Source of the DNA: an uncultured Gammaproteobacteria bacterium
GTDB taxonomy: Bacteria > Patescibacteriota > Microgenomatia > Levybacterales > UBA12049
DNA: 64,000 nucleotides
Direction: 5' to 3'
Assembly (NCBI GenBank): GCA_964424775.1
Contig: CAYRJZ010000004.1
Span: forward strand, 3,262-67,261
The notes under the pieces were generated by a model. The model saw nothing but the letters and a program-made list of their open reading frames with translations. It did no database searches and had not been told where the DNA came from. The translations under genes were made by a program, and so were the position numbers. Below are positions 1 to 10,150 of this stretch, one piece after another; the first letter of the stretch is position 1; every line of letters begins with the position of its first letter.

Positions 1-93
1 TTGGTTTTGATAAAAAAGTTCCACCATTAGGATACATTCAATAAAACCTTCCTCTTTCTTTATTTATTCTGCCATTTCGATATAATAACGTAT

Positions 94-1245
94 ATGAAGA
101 TTGCTATTATTAACCCACTTGAGAGAAAAGTATTACCCAAAACTTCAGGTGGTGGAGAAACGTGGACTTCACAATTCACACTTGAACTTACAAAGCGTCA
201 AACATTTGTTGACCTATATGCAGTAAAAGGCTCATTAGATAATCCTCCATTAATAAATCTCCATATTCTTCTTGATCAAGGTACTGATGACATTACTCAA
301 ATAGAATTTTTTAAAGAAAAAAATGATTTTGATCGTAAACTCACTAAGTTTGTTGCAACTCATACGACAAAAGCATTACTGATGATAAAAGAGAAAGAAA
401 AAAATTATGACCTTGTAATCGATAGTTCAACTAATTTCCAAGTCTCAGCAAATTGGCCACTTTTCAATCCTCCACTTATTGTCATTGGACACCTACCAAC
501 AACGTATACTTATATTGATTATTTCAATTCTTTTCAACTTCCACCTAATGTTTATTTCGTATTCCCAAGCATGTACCAATTTAGAAGGGCAACAAATATT
601 CCTGATAAACAAAAATTTTTTATTCCTCATGGAATTGATATCACAGACATATCACCACAATTAGATAATGCAGGAAACTCAATAACATGGGTAGGAAGAA
701 TTCTCAGAAAAAATAATAAAGGACTTCGTGAAGCAGTACTAGCTTGTCAGGATTCCGATAAACCAATGAATGTTTATTGCTACATAGAAGACCAAGAATA
801 TTACCAAGAAATAAAAAACTTAATTCATAAAAATAATATTACTTTTATTGAAGGCGAATCGGATAAAAAATTAATGTATCAACACGCAAAATTATTTATA
901 TTCCCTACACAGTGGGAGGAAGCCTTTGGGCTCGTCCTCCTTGAAGCAATGGCATCAGGTACTCCAGTTGTCGCTTTTGCGCGAGGAGCTATTCCAGAGA
1001 TAGTGAAAGACGGTGTAACTGGATTTATTGTGAATCCGACAGATGATGATATTCGTGGGGATTGGATCGTTAAAAAAACAGGCATTGATGGATTAAGTGA
1101 GGCTATTGAAAAAATTTATTCTATGTCCAAAGACGAATATCGCTTGATGAGACAGAATGCGAGACAACATGTGGAAGATAATTTTACTATTCAAAAAATG
1201 GTCGATAATTATGAAAATATTTTCAAAAAGATATTAAAAAGGTAA
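94..1245 (+). CDS. Glycosyltransferase family 1 (GT-B, GT4-like)
   Basis: Complete 383-aa ORF. C-terminal EAFGLVLLEAMASGTPVVAF motif (E-x7-E) is typical of retaining GT1/GT4 enzymes. Confidence 0.8.
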   Translation: MKIAIINPLERKVLPKTSGGGETWTSQFTLELTKRQTFVDLYAVKGSLDNPPLINLHILLDQGTDDITQIEFFKEKNDFDRKLTKFVATHTTKALLMIKEKEKNYDLVIDSSTNFQVSANWPLFNPPLIVIGHLPTTYTYIDYFNSFQLPPNVYFVFPSMYQFRRATNIPDKQKFFIPHGIDITDISPQLDNAGNSITWVGRILRKNNKGLREAVLACQDSDKPMNVYCYIEDQEYYQEIKNLIHKNNITFIEGESDKKLMYQHAKLFIFPTQWEEAFGLVLLEAMASGTPVVAFARGAIPEIVKDGVTGFIVNPTDDDIRGDWIVKKTGIDGLSEAIEKIYSMSKDEYRLMRQNARQHVEDNFTIQKMVDNYENIFKKILKR

Positions 1246-1279
1246 AAAAGTCTAAGAATATTTTGTCGTATGAGTGTAA

Positions 1280-1981
1280 TTATTTAGGAGTTACGAAATA
1301 CTCGCCAGTTGCTTCAGTATATACTCCATACTGATCTACAGCGTGTACCCACCATGCTATACCTCGTCCTCGTGCTGCTTTGAACTGAAAAAATGTTTCA
1401 GTCATTTTGTTGCGAAGGTGATCTCCATCATTAAGATTTTCTTGGTCACCATTCCAAGGAGTTGCGGTATTATCTACACGAATTGCATAATATTTTGCAC
1501 CTGGAACGGGGTCCCACTTGAGAGTAACAGTTGGATAATCATAACTATGTGAAAGATTAGAAGGTTTTGCGATTTTTTGAACTGGGCATTGAAGATAACC
1601 ACTTTGTGCTGGTCCATAAACGCCATTTGCATCTACTCTATGGAACCACCATGCATACCATCGACCGGGAACGGGATTATCATAGATATATGCTGATCCT
1701 TTTACTGAGTTTTTGATATCATCTCCTGGAAGTGGTGCTGTAGGATTCCAGCCATTTGAAAGATCATCAAGTCGAACTGCAATAGTGCTACTTACTCCAC
1801 GTGGGTTCATATAAATGACAAGACGAGTACTTGTACATGAAGCATTTGGAAGCGGATCTTCATATCCTGCATATGCAGACGGTGTAGCGACCGCGATTGA
1901 AAAGACAGCTAACAGACTCAATAAAATTGCCTTTATCATAAGATTGAAAATCTTATAGCATATACTATGCGGATGTGTCAA
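1280..1981 (-). CDS. Secreted hypothetical protein with internal duplicated WW-H-VD-x-x-GVYG motif
   Basis: N-terminal signal-like hydrophobic segment ending AYA. Two copies of a WWxHxVDxxGVYG motif (GRWYAWWFHRVDANGVYG and GIAWWVHAVDQYGVYT). Confidence 0.5.
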   Translation of the reverse strand: MTHPHSICYKIFNLMIKAILLSLLAVFSIAVATPSAYAGYEDPLPNASCTSTRLVIYMNPRGVSSTIAVRLDDLSNGWNPTAPLPGDDIKNSVKGSAYIYDNPVPGRWYAWWFHRVDANGVYGPAQSGYLQCPVQKIAKPSNLSHSYDYPTVTLKWDPVPGAKYYAIRVDNTATPWNGDQENLNDGDHLRNKMTETFFQFKAARGRGIAWWVHAVDQYGVYTEATGEYFVTPK

Positions 1982-1985
1982 GGGA

Positions 1986-2567
1986 TTATACGGCTAATTT
2001 TTTAATTTTAGTGAAGTCCTCTAGCATTAAATGTTTAAATTTTCCGGGAAACCGCAAGACTGCAGCAGGATGATAAGTGAGAAAATATCTAATACCATCT
2101 CTCTCCTCTATTACTTGCCCGTGATCTTTCACAACAAAAACTTTCTTCTCAAGCACTCCTTCAGCAGCAACGCGGCCTAACAGAACTACTAGTTTTGGTT
2201 CTATTACAGCAAACTGTTTCATCAGATGATGCCTGCCATGCGAAATATCTGCTGATGTAGGCGTTCCACGATCTGGGAGATATTTAACGGGACTTGTTAT
2301 ATATACCTCATGTTCTTTGAGACCTATATCTCTAATAAAACCACGCAGTAATTGTCCTGATCTTCCGATAAATGGTCTTCCAATCAATGCTTCCTGCTTT
2401 CCTGGTGCTTCTCCAATGAAAACGACATGTGCGTCTGGATTACCTTCACCAGCAACAGCAACTCCACTCTTTCCCACCTTACATTCTTCACATCTCCTAA
2501 TTTCTTCCGTAATTGCATCAAGTTGTTGCTGTTTATCCATGTAAGTTATACTAACATAAATTAGCAC
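1986..2567 (-). CDS. Uracil-DNA glycosylase, family 4 (Fe-S type)
   Basis: GEGNPDAHVVFIGEAPGKQE...GRPFIGRSG motifs and N-terminal CEEC cysteines are characteristic of family-4 UDG. Confidence 0.8.
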   Translation of the reverse strand: MLIYVSITYMDKQQQLDAITEEIRRCEECKVGKSGVAVAGEGNPDAHVVFIGEAPGKQEALIGRPFIGRSGQLLRGFIRDIGLKEHEVYITSPVKYLPDRGTPTSADISHGRHHLMKQFAVIEPKLVVLLGRVAAEGVLEKKVFVVKDHGQVIEERDGIRYFLTYHPAAVLRFPGKFKHLMLEDFTKIKKLAV

Positions 2568-2636
2568 TCATATCACTGTTACAGATTGTCCTATTTACTC
2601 AAGATTTTTTGCTTGTTACAATACCCTCGAATACTC

Positions 2637-3695
2637 ATGCCAGAACGACAAGATCATTATCCTCTTCCAAGATCTACTCAAGAACTTTATGGCTCATTTC
2701 GTCGAAATCATATAGACTCCTCTTGTTTTGTTGTTCTCTCAGGACGAGGAAATGAATTACTTTCACGCCAAGTTGGTGGTTTACTTGATGTTGATGTTGA
2801 TTTTCCCTGCACTGATTTTAAAAATGGTGAGACCCGTGTAAAAATCGGTCCAAATGTTCGTGGTAAAGAAGTTTTCGTCATTAATTCCCTCCAGCCAAAT
2901 CCAAATACAGGAGTTCAGGAGACAGTCCTTATAGGAGATGCTATCAAAAGAGCTGATGCAAGACAGGGCAAAATTACTGCTATGTTACCAAAAATTGCCT
3001 ATGACCGACAGGACCGTAAACCTGAATCACGCACGCCTATAAGTATTGCTGCAGTTGCCGCACAACTCAGATATGCAGGTGAATATAGCAGACTTTTTAC
3101 CATTGATGTCCATGCAGAACAATCCGTTGGATCATTCCCAAATGCCTGGGACAATGTTTATGGGAGTAAAGTTCTTATTCCAGCTATTCAAGACTTACAA
3201 CTTGAAACTCCAGTCATTCTAGCTCCGGATGCCGGAAGTGGAAAAAGAGCTGAGGTGTACGGTAAAAAATTAGGCAGTGAAGATCTCGCTTTTGTTCATA
3301 AAAGACGAGATAAAGATGATCCGTCAAAATCTGAATCTCTCAAACTTGTCGGGGATGTGCAAGGACGTGATGTCCTCATTGTGGATGACGTTATCGGCTC
3401 AGGTAGTACACTTGTTGATGCTGCACGCCTTGCTAAAGAAAGTGGAGCTCAGCGTGTTATTGCTGCTGCCACTCATGCTGAATTTGTACCAGATAAAGAG
3501 GGTATTACCTTGCCTGAGAAGTTAAAAGCTCCAAATGCACCAATTGACCGACTCCTTATAACTGATACTATTTTTCAGGCTGATGAAATAAGAGAAAATG
3601 ACAGAATTGATGTCGTAAGCGTGGCCCCTGTTCTTGCAGTAGCAATACTCTGTTACTTAACCGATAATTCAATTAGTCAAAGACTCATTAAATAA
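2637..3695 (+). CDS. prs: Ribose-phosphate pyrophosphokinase (PRPP synthetase)
   Basis: DVHAEQ, RQDRK and PRPP-binding VLIVDDVIGSGSTLVDAA motifs. The ORF opens at 2586; the in-frame ATG at 2637 (MPERQ) is the more plausible start. Confidence 0.8.
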   Translation: MPERQDHYPLPRSTQELYGSFRRNHIDSSCFVVLSGRGNELLSRQVGGLLDVDVDFPCTDFKNGETRVKIGPNVRGKEVFVINSLQPNPNTGVQETVLIGDAIKRADARQGKITAMLPKIAYDRQDRKPESRTPISIAAVAAQLRYAGEYSRLFTIDVHAEQSVGSFPNAWDNVYGSKVLIPAIQDLQLETPVILAPDAGSGKRAEVYGKKLGSEDLAFVHKRRDKDDPSKSESLKLVGDVQGRDVLIVDDVIGSGSTLVDAARLAKESGAQRVIAAATHAEFVPDKEGITLPEKLKAPNAPIDRLLITDTIFQADEIRENDRIDVVSVAPVLAVAILCYLTDNSISQRLIK

Positions 3696-4235
3696 TTATC
3701 TCTTTGGCAGATGTCTCATGACTTCATAGAGAACTATCCCCAATGAAACCATAACATTAAGAGATATATTTACACCCCACATTGGTAACTCAACAATTGC
3801 ATCAGAAACAGCCATTGCTTCCTCACTCACACCATCTGATTCATGTCCGACAACAATAGCTACTGGCAAGGAATACTCTACTTCATCATAAGGAACACTT
3901 CTATTATCTAACTCTACTGAATATATTTTTATTCCTGGCACTTCTGATCGCAAGTCATCAATCGCTTTTACTGCTGATTCTTTATATTCCCAAGGTACCC
4001 ATTCGGTTGTGTTAATAGATGCTTTTTTAATTCGAGTATGTGGAGGTGTCTCAGAGTTTCCGCATAAAATTACTCGCTCTGCTGCCACCGCATCCGCAAG
4101 TCTAAAGATTGCCCCAATATTGTACGTATCCAGAACATTGTCAATTATTATATAGACAGGATTCCTTTTAATTTTTTTTACTTCAACTGGATCAACTTCT
4201 GTTGTCCGAAGATCTGCTGCACCAAGTTTTATCAT
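3696..4235 (-). CDS. SpoU/TrmH-family RNA 2'-O-methyltransferase
   Basis: NIGAIFRLADAVAAERVIL and C-terminal SLNVMVSLGIVLYE SPOUT-knot motifs. Confidence 0.75.
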   Translation of the reverse strand: MIKLGAADLRTTEVDPVEVKKIKRNPVYIIIDNVLDTYNIGAIFRLADAVAAERVILCGNSETPPHTRIKKASINTTEWVPWEYKESAVKAIDDLRSEVPGIKIYSVELDNRSVPYDEVEYSLPVAIVVGHESDGVSEEAMAVSDAIVELPMWGVNISLNVMVSLGIVLYEVMRHLPKR

Positions 4236-4236
4236 A

Positions 4237-4953
4237 TTACTCTGCTCTGAATTCTCTTCCCCCTCTCTTGAGATTTTCTAATGACAAATCATACAATTCC
4301 TTGTACCTCACTGCCAAATGGAATGCCTGACTTTCGGCTCGGGTAGGCTGAGCAATATGTGAGAGAAACTGCATTACTTGTCTTACATCAAATCGATCTA
4401 TCTCAAAAAACAATACCGTATCTTTCTCCTCATTCAGGCAGTAATCAGTTGGGTCATCTGCAGGAAAACCAACTCCAATTTCAGAAGCTCCTCTTGCAAA
4501 TGCCAATGCACGTTTCTCAAGAGAGTTATTGAGATGATATTCTCTATGGTTTCTACATACCTCGCATTCACACACATTATTTTTTTGATGATTTACATCT
4601 ACACCAGTATGTTGAGAAAAGATAGCATGATCAGAAGATACTGGAGCCATCTGACTTATTTGTCGAATTGTGGGAGATATATGTGGACCTTCATCCACTT
4701 CAGGTCTATCGATAACTGTCCCGACAACAGTAATTGTATTATCTGGCAAAAGAAGAGATGCAATTTTATGTTTATAAAAAAGTCGGGCAAATAATAACTC
4801 ATCCCTACTATAATCTACCTTTACTAAATCACCATTCGGGAAAGCTATCCTCTCTCTTTTTGATGAATAAAAAACATCATTTCTTAAACCATGACTGAAA
4901 AGCTCATATGACATAGGAGAGGTATTATACAAGATTCTACTGTGTTGCTGCAT
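4237..4953 (-). CDS. Hypothetical protein with CxCxxC metal-binding cluster
   Basis: 238-aa ORF tightly packed between neighbours. CECEVCRNH cluster. No family recognised. Confidence 0.45.
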   Translation of the reverse strand: MQQHSRILYNTSPMSYELFSHGLRNDVFYSSKRERIAFPNGDLVKVDYSRDELLFARLFYKHKIASLLLPDNTITVVGTVIDRPEVDEGPHISPTIRQISQMAPVSSDHAIFSQHTGVDVNHQKNNVCECEVCRNHREYHLNNSLEKRALAFARGASEIGVGFPADDPTDYCLNEEKDTVLFFEIDRFDVRQVMQFLSHIAQPTRAESQAFHLAVRYKELYDLSLENLKRGGREFRAE

Positions 4954-5902
4954 CTGAGGACTCTATTTCGCGTTGTTCTCTCAAGGCTTTCAATTCTTCT
5001 TTACGTGCCTCTTGTAATTTCTTTGCTGCCTCTTGCGCTTCTTTTACTATTTTTCTCACTTCTTCAATTTGTTTTTTACGTTGTTCCTGTAATTTTTTGA
5101 GCTGAGCCTTTTTCTGTTCTAATACCTTCTCACGCTCAAGTTGATACTTACTTTTTATTTCTTTTTTGACAGTTTTGTTTTTCTCTTTTAACTCTTTCTC
5201 TGCTCTCTTTTCTGCTGAACGGCTCGCATTTCGTTCAAATGTTGTAAGTCTTTTTTCAAGTTTTTGGGATTGTGTTGAGACACCAAGAACTGTTCTATCT
5301 AACTCATCCTCAATTACTTGTGCAATTTCATTCTCCTGATCTTCAGCTGGCAACACTCCCACTGCAAGCAATTGAGCATCACGAACTGAATTCGCAGTAA
5401 TATATATTTTTTCACCAATACTTGTTTCAGTCATTTGAGATGCAACATCATACAGAACACTCTGATGTCGTCGTAAAGTTTCGTTTATGTCACTCGCTAG
5501 TTGCTTGATATTTCTTCCTTGAGCTGATGCATCTTTTAACTCATTCGCAGCAGCTAAAGACTCATGTGAAAGTTCAAAAAGAGCTGAATCTATACCTTTC
5601 GTATTATTACGGTGCATCATAACTCGAAGCTCAGCCAATCGTTCTCCAGCAATCTGATTATGAAGTCTCGCACGATTATCAGCGGTAAAAATAAGTGCAA
5701 GTCGAATACGCTGATAGACTTTATCTAATGAGTAAAACGGACTATCAGGGAGAATAAATCCTGGACCTGAGGTAACTGATGGAAAGTTAATGTCTTGTTG
5801 CCCTGTACTATCTCCAAGTACTTCTGAGATTGGATTGGCATAAACGGAGGTTGGAAGAATAAGAACAAATGCTAGAGAAATAACACCTATAAGCGTTTTC
5901 AT
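4937..5902 (-). CDS. Secreted coiled-coil protein (Lys/Glu-rich C-terminus)
   Basis: Internal start MKTLIGVISLAFVLILPTSVYA looks like a signal peptide. C-terminal about 120 aa is a K/E-rich heptad-like coiled coil. Start placed at the ATG at 5902 rather than the ORF start at 6073. Confidence 0.5.
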   Translation of the reverse strand: MKTLIGVISLAFVLILPTSVYANPISEVLGDSTGQQDINFPSVTSGPGFILPDSPFYSLDKVYQRIRLALIFTADNRARLHNQIAGERLAELRVMMHRNNTKGIDSALFELSHESLAAANELKDASAQGRNIKQLASDINETLRRHQSVLYDVASQMTETSIGEKIYITANSVRDAQLLAVGVLPAEDQENEIAQVIEDELDRTVLGVSTQSQKLEKRLTTFERNASRSAEKRAEKELKEKNKTVKKEIKSKYQLEREKVLEQKKAQLKKLQEQRKKQIEEVRKIVKEAQEAAKKLQEARKEELKALREQREIESSDAATQ

Positions 5903-5987
5903 AATTAAATTGTGTACTTGTTTTGAAGAGTTGTCAAGAGAGAGTGATGACCTTGTTACTGCTGTTCTACATTTGTATACTATTACT

Positions 5988-6437
5988 ATGACAGCAACTG
6001 GACACGCACTTATTGGACTTGCACTTGCTGCACAAATTCCAAATCCAGTCATTGGTATTCCTCTTGCTATCATTTCTCATATTGCAGCGGACGCTTTTCC
6101 ACACTGGGATACTGGAACCAACATTAAGAAAAAATCAAAATTAAAATTTGTAGCTGGATCATTTCTCGATCTTGGGATTAGTTTTTTCCTTCCATTCATT
6201 CTCCTTTTCCTCTTCTTCCCGACAGTCAATCCACTTTATGCATTTATTATGATCATTGCTGCACAAGGATTTGATTGGGGTACTGCGCCGTATGTTTTTT
6301 TGAAATGGCATTTTCCACCATTCAGTTGGATTTATACTGCACAAAAAGCATTTGATCATAGACTTGATAAACCCTGGGGAGTTATTGGACAAACCGGAGT
6401 TGTTTTGAGTTTTCTCGCTCTTGCCTATTTTATATAG
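5988..6437 (+). CDS. Membrane-bound metal-dependent hydrolase (YdjM/DUF457-like)
   Basis: Multi-TM protein. HIAADAFPHWD motif near the N-terminus. Start placed at MTATGH, the internal ATG at 5988. Confidence 0.45.
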   Translation: MTATGHALIGLALAAQIPNPVIGIPLAIISHIAADAFPHWDTGTNIKKKSKLKFVAGSFLDLGISFFLPFILLFLFFPTVNPLYAFIMIIAAQGFDWGTAPYVFLKWHFPPFSWIYTAQKAFDHRLDKPWGVIGQTGVVLSFLALAYFI

Positions 6438-6438
6438 T

Positions 6439-6690
6439 ATGGAAAAACATCCCTCTAGACCTCATCATTTTTTCACACACCGAATCTGGGTACTTCTCAT
6501 TCTTTTTCTCGCGACAGCTCTCTTTTCACTTATTTATGCTGTTATGGTGCTTCCTAATGCACAAGAGGTTAAATACAAAATAAAATCATCTCATAACGCC
6601 AAAGCATGTACCGAAGAAGCAAAAATATGTCCTGATGGATCAAGTGTTGGAAGAACTGGTCCGACGTGCGAATTTACTCCTTGTCCATAG
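6439..6690 (+). CDS. Small membrane protein with Cys-rich C-terminal tail
   Basis: One TM helix followed by CTEEAKICPDG...PTCEFTPCP (4 Cys). Confidence 0.35.
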   Translation: MEKHPSRPHHFFTHRIWVLLILFLATALFSLIYAVMVLPNAQEVKYKIKSSHNAKACTEEAKICPDGSSVGRTGPTCEFTPCP

Positions 6691-6864
6691 GCCTTACTAA
6701 CCTCATTAACATTATGGTAATAAAAATTTTAAAATCCAAACTAATACCGACAATTTTATGGATATAAGGTTTTTTTCTCGCTTCAGTTAACCTTTTTTAC
6801 CCTGCTTTTAACAGGAATTTTGGAGAAATAATATCAATTGGACAATATAAAACTCTCTAAAAAA

Positions 6865-8940
6865 TTAGATTGTCCCACTTCCTGGTGTATCTGTCTCTAT
6901 AGATGTAGCACTTTTTTCTCCTTTTATATCTTCCAATTTCCAGGCAGCAAATGTGCAATTTGGATAATTTGAGCATCCAAAGAACTTTCTCCCCTTTTTC
7001 GTTTTTTTAACTATAACTTTTCCTTTATCTTTCGGGCACAAAACATCAGTCTCTTCGACATAAGGCTTGGTAAATTTACAGTCTGGGAATCTATTACACG
7101 AATAAAATTTTCCAAATCTTCCCGTTCTCACCACTAAATGACCTTCTTTACAATCAGGACACTCTTCTGTTGTCTCCTCTACTTCTATTTTCACTCGCTC
7201 TGCACTTTTCACCGTTCCTAATTTTTTTTCAAATGGTGAATAAAATTCCTTCATCATACTCACCCAATCCTTTTCACCTTGCGCAACAGTATCAAGACTG
7301 TCTTCCATTTCTGCAGTGAAAGGAATGTCATCAATATCGGAAAAGTTTTTTACTAAAAAGTCATTCACTGCATTTCCAATTGCTGTTGGTATAAACTTTC
7401 TCTCAACTCTCTCAACATAGGCTCTATCGACAATAGTTGAAATAATCGCAGCATATGTTGATGGACGTCCAATTCCCTTTTCTTCAAGCGTTGCAATAAT
7501 AGATGCGTCATTGTATCGGGGTGGAGGCGGAGTTTCATGTTCATCGCTCTTCACATCATTCAGATCAAGATTCTCTCCTTCTACAAATTTTGGTAACTTT
7601 GTATCCTGAAGTGCTTGAGGATTTATCTTCAAAAACCCATCAAAAATAAGCACTGACCCATTTGCTTTCAGTCTATAGTGCTTACCTTCTTTATCAGAGT
7701 CAGCGTATACAGTTGTTGATTCAATGATCGCATCTGCCATCTGTGACCCAACAGCTCTTCTCCAGATAAGTTCATAAAGCTTGGAGCAGTCTCGCCCTAA
7801 CTCTGCCTCAACTTTTTTTGATTGACCTGAGGAGAGTGAGTCAAACTTCGTTGGTCTAATCCCCTCATGAGCTTCTTGTGCAGACTTTTGTTTGGCTGAG
7901 TAAACTCGATTTGATACAGGGACGTATTTCTCCCCATACTCGCTTTTTATAAAGGCGCGAATTTGATTGACGGCAACGGGAGAAAGTGTGACCGAATCAG
8001 TTCTATGATACGTAATGTAACCTTCTTCATATAACTTTTGTGCGAGACTCATTGTTCTTTTTCCTGAATACCCAAACCGCCGAGAAGCATCCTGTTGCAG
8101 CGTTGATGTTGTAAATGGTGGTAGCGGAGCTCTCTTTCCTTGCTTTTCAAGAACCTGTGCAACAATATAACTCTTCATCTTTAGATCAGCTACTACTTCT
8201 TCTGCTTTCTCAAGAGTATCAAGTAATGTTTTGGAAATTTTATAAGTCCCGTCATATAACTCGTATGATTCCGAAAGCTCGATTCTCTTTGCATCAATCT
8301 CAATGAGTTCAAAAGGAGTTTGAAGTTGGTCTCCTTCTCTTTTACTCATCAAAGTGAGGATCTTCCAGTATTTACTCTTTTGAAACTTCTCTATCTCACG
8401 TTCTCTCTCAACAATGAGTCTAAGTGCAATACTCTGGACCCGTCCAGCAGAAAGACCACGGCGAACTTTCTGCCATAATAATGGAGAAAGTTTATAACCA
8501 ACTAATCGGTCAAGAACACGACGCGCAGTCTGCGCATTAACTAAATTTTCATCAACATCACGAGGATGCTCAACAGCAGCTTTTATTGCTCCTTCTGTTA
8601 TTTCATGAAAGACAATTCTGGAAAATTTTTTCTGATTTTTCGTATTCCCTAAAATTTCTTTTATGTTAGCTGCAATTGCTTCACCTTCACGATCAGGATC
8701 TGTTGCGAGAATTATTCTATCTGCGTTTTTGGCTGCATTTCGAAGTTCAGTAATAATTTTTTTCTTGTCACCAATAACTTCGTATTGAGGAGTGAAATCT
8801 TTCTCGACATCTACCCCAAGGGTACTTTTGGGAAGATCCATGATATGACCCATTGAAAATTTAATATCAAAATCAGATCCAAGATACTTTCCAATTGTCT
8901 TAGCTTTTGTAGGTGATTCAACAATGACTAGATTTTTCAT
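6865..8940 (-). CDS. topA: DNA topoisomerase I
   Basis: N-terminal Toprim MKNLVIVESPTKAKTIGKYLG. Catalytic Tyr region (YITYHRTDS). C-terminal zinc-ribbon repeats (CPDCKEG..., CNRFPDC, CSNYPNC). Confidence 0.9.
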   Translation of the reverse strand: MKNLVIVESPTKAKTIGKYLGSDFDIKFSMGHIMDLPKSTLGVDVEKDFTPQYEVIGDKKKIITELRNAAKNADRIILATDPDREGEAIAANIKEILGNTKNQKKFSRIVFHEITEGAIKAAVEHPRDVDENLVNAQTARRVLDRLVGYKLSPLLWQKVRRGLSAGRVQSIALRLIVEREREIEKFQKSKYWKILTLMSKREGDQLQTPFELIEIDAKRIELSESYELYDGTYKISKTLLDTLEKAEEVVADLKMKSYIVAQVLEKQGKRAPLPPFTTSTLQQDASRRFGYSGKRTMSLAQKLYEEGYITYHRTDSVTLSPVAVNQIRAFIKSEYGEKYVPVSNRVYSAKQKSAQEAHEGIRPTKFDSLSSGQSKKVEAELGRDCSKLYELIWRRAVGSQMADAIIESTTVYADSDKEGKHYRLKANGSVLIFDGFLKINPQALQDTKLPKFVEGENLDLNDVKSDEHETPPPPRYNDASIIATLEEKGIGRPSTYAAIISTIVDRAYVERVERKFIPTAIGNAVNDFLVKNFSDIDDIPFTAEMEDSLDTVAQGEKDWVSMMKEFYSPFEKKLGTVKSAERVKIEVEETTEECPDCKEGHLVVRTGRFGKFYSCNRFPDCKFTKPYVEETDVLCPKDKGKVIVKKTKKGRKFFGCSNYPNCTFAAWKLEDIKGEKSATSIETDTPGSGTI

Positions 8941-9029
8941 AATTTTGCCGTTCTCCTATTGTTACATTCTCAGAAAAGAAAAAGCAATCAATAAACAGCA
9001 TTCCATTATACAAGCGCTGTCAAGAGATC

Positions 9030-10100
9030 TTAGAAATTTTTTAGTAAAAATGTTCCCTTTGACGTTCTCATGATGAGTTGTTTAATCTCCATTTGAGATA
9101 AAACAAGCGAAAGCGCTCTGAGGGAAATATGTGTTTCTTTAACAAGCTGATCTACAGTCCTCTCTTCAATAATAAGCAAATCAACTATTCTTTTTTCTTC
9201 AGGTGACAATTCCGGTAAATTATTCAATCTGATTTTATTTGTGAGAGTAATATCTTCGGGTTTGGTTACAAGACGAGCGCCTTGTTGAATTAAATAATAA
9301 GGACCTTCAGAAAGAGATGATGTTATGGGGCCAGGCACTGCGAATACTCTTCTCTTCAGACTAAGTGCAATCTCTGCAGTAATAAGTGAGCCACTTTTTC
9401 TCATGCCTTCCGTTACTAAAAGAACATGTGAGAGAGCGGCAATTATCCTATTTCTTGCAGGAAAGGAGCCCACACTTGGCTGAACATTGAGGGGGTATTC
9501 AGAGACGATTGTTCCACCGTTTTCAAGAATTCTGAAATACAACTTTTCGTTTGCTCTTGGAAAACAAATATTTACCCCATTCCCAAGAACAGCAATTGTT
9601 TTACCAATAGAATTCAGTGACGCTTCATGCGCAGCTGCATCTACTCCAAGTGCAAGTCCAGAAATAATAGTATAACCAGCTCTTCCCAAATACTCTGCGA
9701 AATGCTGTGTTACAGTCCTCCCATAACTACTCATTTTCCGTGTACCAACAATGCCAGCAATTTGTGAGGAATGCAGAAGCTCTTTATTTCCTTTTCCGAA
9801 AATGACAAGGGGTGGATTTTCTAAATCCTTTAACTGTACTGGATAATCCTTATCACAAAATGCTAAATACCATACATCGCTCTTTGAAAGTGTTGAGATA
9901 TAATGCTCTATTGAGAAATTTGTACGAAATTTTATAAACGACTCTCTAAGTCGTTTTGGGAAACCCAACTCTTCTAACTCTCGCTCACTAGCTCGCCATA
10001 AAAAGTCCACACTACCATTTTCTTTTTTAATTTTTTGAATGGTGACAGGACCGACTCCTGGAAAAAGAGAAAATCCTAAATAAACTTCACGCTCACTCAT
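9030..10100 (-). CDS. dprA: DNA processing protein DprA (Smf)
   Basis: GIVGTRKMSSYGR and LALGVDAAAHEASL Rossmann-like DprA motifs. C-terminal winged-helix region. Confidence 0.85.
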   Translation of the reverse strand: MSEREVYLGFSLFPGVGPVTIQKIKKENGSVDFLWRASERELEELGFPKRLRESFIKFRTNFSIEHYISTLSKSDVWYLAFCDKDYPVQLKDLENPPLVIFGKGNKELLHSSQIAGIVGTRKMSSYGRTVTQHFAEYLGRAGYTIISGLALGVDAAAHEASLNSIGKTIAVLGNGVNICFPRANEKLYFRILENGGTIVSEYPLNVQPSVGSFPARNRIIAALSHVLLVTEGMRKSGSLITAEIALSLKRRVFAVPGPITSSLSEGPYYLIQQGARLVTKPEDITLTNKIRLNNLPELSPEEKRIVDLLIIEERTVDQLVKETHISLRALSLVLSQMEIKQLIMRTSKGTFLLKNF

Positions 10101-10150
10101 AATTCAAATATGACATTGCTTAGATCTTTATCATTTACTAGAGTTGAAGT

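Noticed and set aside
5100-5250. Lys/Glu codon-rich repetitive DNA at the 3' end of the coiled-coil gene
   Set aside because: This is low-complexity coding sequence (aaagaa / gaagaa repeats) consistent with a coiled-coil tail, not a mobile element or a CRISPR array.
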